64,000 nt of DNA from an uncultured Bdellovibrionales bacterium (GTDB taxonomy: Bacteria; Patescibacteriota; Minisyncoccia; Moranbacterales; UBA1568): the NCBI GenBank assembly GCA_964530135.1, contig CAZGXN010000003.1, forward strand, positions 42,942 to 106,941, written 5' to 3'. A program made the position numbers and the translations under genes. Shown piece after piece: positions 57,511-64,000 of the stretch (positions are counted from its first letter, which is position 1; each line of letters starts with the position of its first letter). Below the pieces are notes generated by a model, which worked only from the letters and a program-made list of their open reading frames with translations, searched no databases and was not told where the DNA came from.

Positions 57511-57603
57511 CATTTTCTTCAACATGATATACTGCACAGTGTAGGTTGGATTTTTGTTTGTCGGAAAGATGAAACGAGGAAATAGTTTGAAACAAAAACC
57601 GTT

Positions 57604-57999
57604 ATGATGTTCAGCGTCCCCCAGTTTATTGATGTTGAAGACAAAATTGCTGGCCCACTCACTTGGCGTCAGTTGTTGTGGATGATCGGGATGGGGATTC
57701 TTCTCCTCGTCATATACAATACTATCGGTACAGCTGGTTTTTTGATTGTGGCGGTCCCGATTGTCTTACTGTTTTGTGCCCTAGCCTTTTATCGGCCACA
57801 GGGTCAACCGCTCATTGTGTTTCTCTTCCATGGATTTACCTATTTCTTCCGGCCGAAAATTGCTGTCTGGGAGCGCCCAATAGCCCGCCGCCAGGCAGCT
57901 CCTGAGGTTGAAGCTGCTCCCGTGAAAGCAGCGGCGAAAGCCAAACAGCTTTCACCAGAAGCTCTCCGCGATTTGGCTCGGCTCATGGACACCCACTAG
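57604..57999 (+). CDS. PrgI/VirB3-like small two-TM T4SS protein.
   Basis: 131 aa. MMFSVPQFIDVEDKIAGPLTWRQLLWM is followed by two TM helices and a basic tail. It sits immediately upstream of VirB4, as VirB3/PrgI does. Confidence 0.5.
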   Translation: MMFSVPQFIDVEDKIAGPLTWRQLLWMIGMGILLLVIYNTIGTAGFLIVAVPIVLLFCALAFYRPQGQPLIVFLFHGFTYFFRPKIAVWERPIARRQAAPEVEAAPVKAAAKAKQLSPEALRDLARLMDTH

Positions 58000-58008
58000 T
58001 TTTCATGT

Positions 58009-58683
58009 ATGGAATTTCTCTCTAAGAAAAAATCTGGCAGTTTGAGTACACAGCGATATGTCGATGTCGAAGAGCTGCGTGATGGCGTTCTCGTTCTCAA
58101 AACCGGAGCGCTGCGGGCGGTACTCCTTGTCTCATCGATTAATTTTGATCTGAAATCGAGCGAAGAACAGGATGCGATTATTTCTCAGTATCAGAATTTC
58201 CTCAATTCACTGGATTTTCCCATTCAAATTGTCGTGCAGTCTCGCCGGTTCAATATCGATCCGTATATCGAACTCCTCCGTGGGAAAGAGGCACAGCAGG
58301 CCAATGAGCTCCTTCGATTCCAGATGAAAGAGTACCAAAGCTTTATCAGGAACCTGACGGATGTTTCGAATATTATGTCGAAGTATTTTTATGTTGTTGT
58401 ACCATTTTCACCAGTTGAAAATGTCGAGACGGGATTTTTCGGAAAAATGGGAGACATTTTCAATCAGCGGAAAACCGTCGGCCTCAAAAATGAATTGTTT
58501 GATACCTACCGAACACAGATCATGCAGCGCGTCGAACATATTGTCGCGGGTCTTTCTCCGATGGGAATCCGCGCAACAGCCCTGGGCACCGAAGAATTGA
58601 TCGAGCTCCTCTACAATAGTTATAATCCATCACTCTTTGCATCAACGATCGTGAAAAATGTCGAGGCGATTGAGCTCCAGTAA
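58009..58683 (+). CDS. VirB4-family N-terminal domain encoded as a separate ORF (the N-terminal piece of a split VirB4).
   Basis: 224 aa. VDVEELRDGVLVLKTGALRAVLLVSSINFDLKSSEEQDAIISQYQNFLNSL resembles the N-terminus of Gram-positive VirB4 proteins (TraE/PrgJ). It ends with TAA at 58681-58683. Confidence 0.55.
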   Translation: MEFLSKKKSGSLSTQRYVDVEELRDGVLVLKTGALRAVLLVSSINFDLKSSEEQDAIISQYQNFLNSLDFPIQIVVQSRRFNIDPYIELLRGKEAQQANELLRFQMKEYQSFIRNLTDVSNIMSKYFYVVVPFSPVENVETGFFGKMGDIFNQRKTVGLKNELFDTYRTQIMQRVEHIVAGLSPMGIRATALGTEELIELLYNSYNPSLFASTIVKNVEAIELQ

Positions 58684-58687
58684 ACTT

Positions 58688-60919
58688 ATGGGACGAGAAC
58701 TGATTATTTTTGACCGGCCAATCAAGAAAGTATCCGTGGTTGATCCGATGAATATCGCGACCCCTGGTCTTGGTGAGCTTTCTGTACCGCCTCGCTCACG
58801 TGGCCAAGCGGGAGCCGCCCTGCCATCCGCGCGTGCCACAAATGCCGATGGAGTCCGGCCACCCCAGCCAGATGATACTGTGCTGCCGACCGACATCCAC
58901 TCAGAGAAAGTGGCATCAGCTCCAGCGAGTCCAGTTTCGCGTCGAGCGCCAGAGCCACGCGAGACAGTCTCAGCTCCTGATCGAGGAGGAAGGCTTGCCC
59001 CACCAGAAAAGAATCGCGCCGTCTGGGCAGAGGAGGTTGTGGCCCAGGCTTTTCCAGTTGATAATCCATCGACTATCAAGTCGGAGAAAAAGAGTTTTCT
59101 TGGGAGTCTTTTTGGAAAAAAATCCCAGACCCCAGTTTTGGATACAAATCGGGAAACAGAACAGCTCTATCAGAAGGGTCTGGCAACGATCCGTGATCTC
59201 ATTGCTCCGCCAGCGATTCGAGTGAGTCCAGCGACCATGCAGATCGGCGATGTCGTCGCTCGGACACTGTTCATCATCGCGTACCCGCGGTTTCTTTCGA
59301 CCAATTGGTTTTCTCCGATTATCAATATCGACTTTCCGATGGATACGGCGCTGTTCATTCATCCGATAGATACAGCTGAAATCCTGAAACAACTCCGTAA
59401 ATCCGCGACCCAGGTGCAATCACAGATGAATATCGAAATTGAGGAGGGGAAGATCCGCGACCCAGTACTTGAGGCGGCGCTTCAAAATATTGAAGAATTG
59501 CGTGATCGTCTCCAGCAAGGGACAGAAAAGTTCTTTCGCTTTGGTCTCTATATGACGCTCTATGGGGCAGATGAGAAAGATCTCTCCCAAAAAGTGCAGT
59601 CGATTGAAGCGATTCTTGAGGCGCAGCTCGTGTATACCAAACCCGCTGTCTTGCGAATGGATGTTGGGTTTGCGTCGACTCGACCGCTGGCCAATGATGC
59701 ACTGGATGTGGCCAATAACCTCAACACTGAGCCGCTTTCGACTACTTTCCCCTTTGTCTCTTCAGATCTCTCCTCCAATGAGGGTATCCTGTATGGCATC
59801 AACCGGCATAACAATTCGCTTATTCTGTTTGATCGGTTCAAGATGGAAAATGCCAATATGGTGGTCTTTGCAAAGTCTGGTGCGGGTAAGAGCTATACGG
59901 TAAAACTTGAAGTTTTGCGGGCGCTCATGCTCGATACAAGCGTTATTATTATTGATCCAGAAAATGAATATAAGCATCTCTGTGAGACGGTCGGTGGAGC
60001 CTTTCTGAAAATTTCTCTCAACTCGGATATTCATCTCAATCCGTTTGATATGCCGAAAGTCGGTGCGGAAGAAGAGTCAGATGGCGTTTTCCGAAACACT
60101 ATTGCCAATCTCATCGGACTTCTCCACCTCATGCTCGGGACTTTATCAGCCGAAGAAGATTCGATCTTGGACCAGGCTATCCGTGAGGCGTATGCGATTC
60201 GTGATATTCACGAAGATTCAAATTTCGGCGCATTGCTTCCGAATTCCTTTCCAACAATGTCTGATCTGCATGCAGTCCTGAAGAATATGGAGGGTGCGGA
60301 TTCGATTGCTGCTCGACTGCGACGCTATACAGAGGGTATTTTCTCGGGTTTTCTGAATGAGCAGACGAATATCGATACGGATAACCAGCTTGTTGTCTTC
60401 AATATTCGAGATCTGGAAGAGGAACTCCGTCCGATTGCGATGTATATCATCCTTCAGTACATCTGGAATGATATTCGCTCAAAGCTTCGCCAACGCATCA
60501 TCGTCGTCGATGAGGCCTGGATCATGATGCAAAATGAGGATGCAGCCTCGTTCCTATTTGGCATCGCCAAGCGCTGCCGCAAGTACTACACTGGTCTTAC
60601 GACGATCACTCAGGACATCAGCGACTTTATGTCTTCGCGCTACGGCAAGCCGATTATCACCAACTCTTCGATGCAGCTGCTCCTCCGTCAATCACCCGCA
60701 TCGATTGACTATATCACCGAGACTTTTTACTTGACGGATCATGAGAAGTTTCTTCTGCTCGAGTCGAATGTGGGGGAAGGAATTTTCTTTGCCGGGACAA
60801 AACACGCCGCTATAAAAGTCATTGCTTCATATAGTGAAGATCAGATTATCACTTCGGACCCGCGTCAGCTTCTCGAAATTGAAGAAGCGAAGCGCGACTT
60901 CGATTCCAACAACCCTTAA
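58688..60919 (+). CDS. VirB4/TrbE/CagE-family T4SS ATPase (central and C-terminal ATPase domains) with a roughly 130-aa Pro/Ala/Ser/Arg-rich low-complexity N-terminal segment. The track ORF starts at 58658; the ATG at 58688 lies 4 nt after the upstream stop.
   Basis: Walker A is FAKSGAGKSYTVK. Walker B is RIIVVDEAWIMM. The middle region QIGDVVARTLFIIAYPRFLSTNWFSPIIN is VirB4-like. The reading frame differs from that of 58009..58683. Confidence 0.8.
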   Translation: MGRELIIFDRPIKKVSVVDPMNIATPGLGELSVPPRSRGQAGAALPSARATNADGVRPPQPDDTVLPTDIHSEKVASAPASPVSRRAPEPRETVSAPDRGGRLAPPEKNRAVWAEEVVAQAFPVDNPSTIKSEKKSFLGSLFGKKSQTPVLDTNRETEQLYQKGLATIRDLIAPPAIRVSPATMQIGDVVARTLFIIAYPRFLSTNWFSPIINIDFPMDTALFIHPIDTAEILKQLRKSATQVQSQMNIEIEEGKIRDPVLEAALQNIEELRDRLQQGTEKFFRFGLYMTLYGADEKDLSQKVQSIEAILEAQLVYTKPAVLRMDVGFASTRPLANDALDVANNLNTEPLSTTFPFVSSDLSSNEGILYGINRHNNSLILFDRFKMENANMVVFAKSGAGKSYTVKLEVLRALMLDTSVIIIDPENEYKHLCETVGGAFLKISLNSDIHLNPFDMPKVGAEEESDGVFRNTIANLIGLLHLMLGTLSAEEDSILDQAIREAYAIRDIHEDSNFGALLPNSFPTMSDLHAVLKNMEGADSIAARLRRYTEGIFSGFLNEQTNIDTDNQLVVFNIRDLEEELRPIAMYIILQYIWNDIRSKLRQRIIVVDEAWIMMQNEDAASFLFGIAKRCRKYYTGLTTITQDISDFMSSRYGKPIITNSSMQLLLRQSPASIDYITETFYLTDHEKFLLLESNVGEGIFFAGTKHAAIKVIASYSEDQIITSDPRQLLEIEEAKRDFDSNNP

Positions 60920-60924
60920 ACGCT

Positions 60925-61695
60925 ATGGCCGAGGATATTGATTCGGCGTTTGAACAGCTCCACCAGAGCAAATGGATGCAACTTCGGAACGCTACTCGTC
61001 TGGCTTTTGAACACCGGAAGAGAGTGGCGGCTGGTGATTTGTCGGTCTTCATTCTGCCATTAGCTCTGGCCATGGCTAAAGACGGACTTTTGGACTTCAT
61101 TCCGTTTATCGGGTTATTTTTCGGGCTTTTTATCACTACATACCTCTTTATTTTCATGTGGGGTCGGGGTCGGTGGATACTGCGCATCCTCTTCTTCTTT
61201 GTGGCTACTGTCGGTAATCTTCCTTTCATCAAACTCTTGCCTTTTGATACGATCAGCGTTCTCTTCGCTTATTTCTTGGCACGCAAAGATGTGGCAAAGG
61301 CCAAAGAGAAATTGGAGAAAGTTAATCAGGTGATACCGCGGCTGGCGGATGATCTCCGCGGTGTGGCGCGCCAGCGTGCGCGGGCCCAAGAGGCGGCCCA
61401 AGAGGCAGAGGCATCCGCTGCCCAAAGCGCTGCCCAGATGGATACAGCATCTCGCTCGCCTGAACGGTTAGTGGGAGCTGCTCCAGTACTCGCTGTCCCT
61501 CGGGGACAGGTAATACCTTCTCGTTCGGACCAGGCGACTGCGCTTCGTCATAGTCAAAGCGCGGTTAACGAAGCTACCTTGAGAATACAAGCTGCGGGAC
61601 GTCAATTGGCTCAGAGTTCTCTGGCGTATACAGCGGGTATGCGCCAGTCTGGAGCACCAAGAGGGGTTTCGGAAAAGCGGCAACGAGCGGTTTAA
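60925..61695 (+). CDS. Membrane protein in the T4SS-like operon (3 to 4 TM) with an Ala/Gln-rich coiled-coil C-terminus.
   Basis: 256 aa. It starts 6 nt after the VirB4 stop. TM helices are LSVFILPLALAMA, IPFIGLFFGLFITTYLFIFMW and ILFFFVATVGNLPFI. Confidence 0.5.
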   Translation: MAEDIDSAFEQLHQSKWMQLRNATRLAFEHRKRVAAGDLSVFILPLALAMAKDGLLDFIPFIGLFFGLFITTYLFIFMWGRGRWILRILFFFVATVGNLPFIKLLPFDTISVLFAYFLARKDVAKAKEKLEKVNQVIPRLADDLRGVARQRARAQEAAQEAEASAAQSAAQMDTASRSPERLVGAAPVLAVPRGQVIPSRSDQATALRHSQSAVNEATLRIQAAGRQLAQSSLAYTAGMRQSGAPRGVSEKRQRAV

Positions 61696-61790
61696 TCAGT
61701 AGAACCGTCACAGAAGGTGATCGGTTGGCTCAGAGTGATAGTCCTTTGTCCTATCAGTGTATAATAAGGAAGTAAAGCAGCTTTGTTTCT

Positions 61791-62453
61791 ATGGAACACT
61801 GGATGCGTCTGGTCATGCGGCACAAAGAGTTCATCGGCACTACGACGGTTGTAGTGGCGGCTATCTTTTTACTTGGGTACTTTCCAGAAAGTGAGAATGT
61901 GAGCCCGACACTGGAAAACTTTATAGTTGCGACTGGTGTGTTCTTGGTCATTCCGTTTGCCTATTGTAGAATAATGTTAGGGCGTTCTTTTTCAGCAATT
62001 GGGTTTCAGCGGGGGAATATCTGGGCTGGTGTAGGTGGAGGTCTCTTGGCGCTCATCGTCGCGCTAGCTGCTCTCTTCGTGCTCTGGAATTTTACCCCCT
62101 TACTCGCCGACTATCGTCTGCCCGTTATCGTCGAGGAGCAGTTTCTTTTCTTCGTTCTGTATGAAGTGTTTCTGAGCGGGTCTATCGTTTTCATGTTCGA
62201 GGTGTTCTTTCGAGGGTTTGTTATGCTGCTGTGGCTCCGGAAATGGGGCATCTGGTCTGTCGTCGCTCAGGCCGTTCTTTTCGGAACATTGATGTATGCT
62301 GGAAATGACCTGAGTGCGACGATGATTCCCTATCTTATCTTTGCCCCGTTCGCTGGTCTGATCGCTTATCAGTCCCGATCGATCTGGTACAGTTATGGGG
62401 CAGCGTGGTTCTATCTTTTTTTGACGGATGCCATCGTCCTTATCTTCCGCTGA
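61791..62453 (+). CDS. Polytopic membrane protein, possibly CPBP/Abi-family-like (weak).
   Basis: 220 aa with 6 TM helices. There is an E...R motif (FEVFFRG), but the canonical His motifs are not evident. Confidence 0.4.
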   Translation: MEHWMRLVMRHKEFIGTTTVVVAAIFLLGYFPESENVSPTLENFIVATGVFLVIPFAYCRIMLGRSFSAIGFQRGNIWAGVGGGLLALIVALAALFVLWNFTPLLADYRLPVIVEEQFLFFVLYEVFLSGSIVFMFEVFFRGFVMLLWLRKWGIWSVVAQAVLFGTLMYAGNDLSATMIPYLIFAPFAGLIAYQSRSIWYSYGAAWFYLFLTDAIVLIFR

Positions 62454-62455
62454 TT

Positions 62456-64000
62456 ATGTCGCGTACTATGCACAGAAAAAAACAGTTTCAACTCATTTCA
62501 GTTTTGATGAGTTTGCAGATATTTTTTACATCTGCACTACCGGCCGAAGCGCTTTTTTCTCGTCCGAGGGTGCCATCAGCCTCCCAATCCGCCTCTGAGC
62601 TCGAGGCACGCTATCATATCAATACTGGTGCGGTTCAGGAACAGGGCGAATCACTGAATGTCGCGGATAACAAAAAGGTTACGCCTGAAGTATCGCTTTT
62701 TTTCTCGCCTTCGGATCCCAAAGAAGGGGAGAGGGTAACAGCACGCTCTTTTCCAACTTATTTTGCCAACGATACAAGCAAGCTCTATTTTACTTGGTTC
62801 TTGCAAAGAGCTGACTGTCGACCGGGTAGCGCGGTTACGCCGCAGTGCGATCTCGATGGTAATGGTCTCATCAATCACAATGATTGGAAAATCATGGCCC
62901 ATCGGATCCTGGCATCCAATGATCTCGATTTGGCCAATGTCGGCTATGGAGCAGATACCGATGCCGATGGTTATACGGCCCGTTTCGGCGGAGACAATCG
63001 AGTCAATGTCCCCAACCACTGCTATTTCCATGACAATACGACTGGCGAGAACTATGAACTCTCAAGCGGCAGTGGTACAACCTCTTGGGCCTGTAATCCT
63101 GGACTCCAGCCGGTCTGTATGGTCGGGAGTATCGATGTGTCTTCCGGGACGCTGGATCTCAGTGCGGGTGGAGGGACATCAGATGCTTCGGGGAGCGGAT
63201 CGACTGGCGGTACGGCAACCGCGAGTGGTTCGGTAGTTGAGTTTATCGATGGAGATGCGTATGTCTCAGGCCTGCCCTATTGTCAGGCGAGCGGAGTGCC
63301 GGCTTGCGCTACGGGTGTGCCTTGCTGTGTCTCCAATCCAGCGACGGCCCGTGAGTGTACCCAAACCCTCGACACATGCAGTTTGCCAGTGGGCAGTCGG
63401 CCTAATCCGATTTGTCGCCACCTCTTTCCAGTAGCACCGGGCCATGTCGCGGGTGATGGGCTCTATAGTGCGAGTGAAGAGCAGTTTTGGCAAACTGATC
63501 CCAATGACCCTGATACGGCCGATAATGGGAACAAGGATGAGGCTAATATCACTGGTCTCGGGCGCGATACTTTCACCTGGAACTACATCTCAGGTGATCG
63601 TATCGGAGTCGTTGTCGAAGGTACCTCGATGATTCCAACCAAACACCAGGATTCTTCCAATGGCATCATGTGGGCGTTTTCTAAGAATCGCTGTCAGCCC
63701 TCTGGTCCAACAGGATCATACACGACAAACATCAAAGGATACGCTGTGGTTATTCCGACTATCGACATGGACCTCAACGACTGTCTCGAAGATAATCTCG
63801 TCGATCCGACTGAAGGTGGTCAAGCGACGAATCTGGAGCTCTCCGTTACAGCCTCGCCGGATGACCCGCTGAATGATGTGACCGTTCGGGCAGATGGAGA
63901 TGTTCTTGATGTGGTGGCCACGGTGAATAATGCCATCCAGGGTATCCAAGGGATCTACTATGATTGGCGGGTTGAATTGTCGTCTGATGGAACGGCAAAT
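62456..64000 (+). CDS. Partial CDS (more than 515 aa; the 3' end is beyond the window). It is a large secreted or surface protein with an EF-hand/dockerin-like calcium-binding loop and Cys-rich segments. It is absent from the ORF track because there is no in-window stop.
   Basis: ATG at 62456, 3 nt after the previous stop. The signal peptide is MSRTMHRKKQFQLISVLMSLQIFFTSALPAEA. DLDGNGLINHND fits the DxDxNGxIxxxD pattern. Hand translation finds no stop through position 64000. Confidence 0.6.
   Translation, partial: MSRTMHRKKQFQLISVLMSLQIFFTSALPAEALFSRPRVPSASQSASELEARYHINTGAVQEQGESLNVADNKKVTPEVSLFFSPSDPKEGERVTARSFPTYFANDTSKLYFTWFLQRADCRPGSAVTPQCDLDGNGLINHNDWKIMAHRILASNDLDLANVGYGADTDADGYTARFGGDNRVNVPNHCYFHDNTTGENYELSSGSGTTSWACNPGLQPVCMVGSIDVSSGTLDLSAGGGTSDASGSGSTGGTATASGSVVEFIDGDAYVSGLPYCQASGVPACATGVPCCVSNPATARECTQTLDTCSLPVGSRPNPICRHLFPVAPGHVAGDGLYSASEEQFWQTDPNDPDTADNGNKDEANITGLGRDTFTWNYISGDRIGVVVEGTSMIPTKHQDSSNGIMWAFSKNRCQPSGPTGSYTTNIKGYAVVIPTIDMDLNDCLEDNLVDPTEGGQATNLELSVTASPDDPLNDVTVRADGDVLDVVATVNNAIQGIQGIYYDWRVELSSDGTAN

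Overview
This window reads as a compact bacterial chromosome segment at roughly 48% GC with tight operons, probably from a reduced Patescibacteria/CPR-like genome. Most of it is housekeeping. There is an oxidative-stress/dNTP operon on the minus strand (2-Cys peroxiredoxin, Fe/Mn SOD, class Ia RNR nrdA-nrdB). Other core genes include rluD, rplS, thrS, ftsH, tilS, gmk, rpsA, gyrA, rpsO, pnp, yraN, a DksA/TraR protein, lspA, comM, ksgA, pcrA and a Xer recombinase. Three tRNA clusters give 11 tRNAs. Four things stand out. (1) A Gram-positive-type minimal type IV secretion-like cluster at 52.8 kb to the window end: a LysM-CHAP hydrolase, a VirB6/TrbL-like protein, a PrgI/VirB3-like protein, a VirB4 ATPase split into two ORFs by a Pro/Ala-rich insertion, membrane proteins, and a giant secreted EF-hand/dockerin-like protein that runs off the window edge. 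(2) A roughly 2 kb AT-rich island beside tRNA-Ala whose polytopic membrane-protein gene carries five copies (plus a half copy) of a perfect 16-bp GC-rich palindrome TGTTCCACGTGGAACA, read in two different reading frames. (3) A 20-bp direct repeat of the tRNA-Val 3' end, which looks like an att-site remnant. (4) An M23 peptidase gene interrupted by an in-frame TAG. Two real genes are missing from the ORF track because they run off the window edges (1..670 minus strand, and 62456..64000 plus strand). All coordinates were read by eye and may be off by a few nucleotides.
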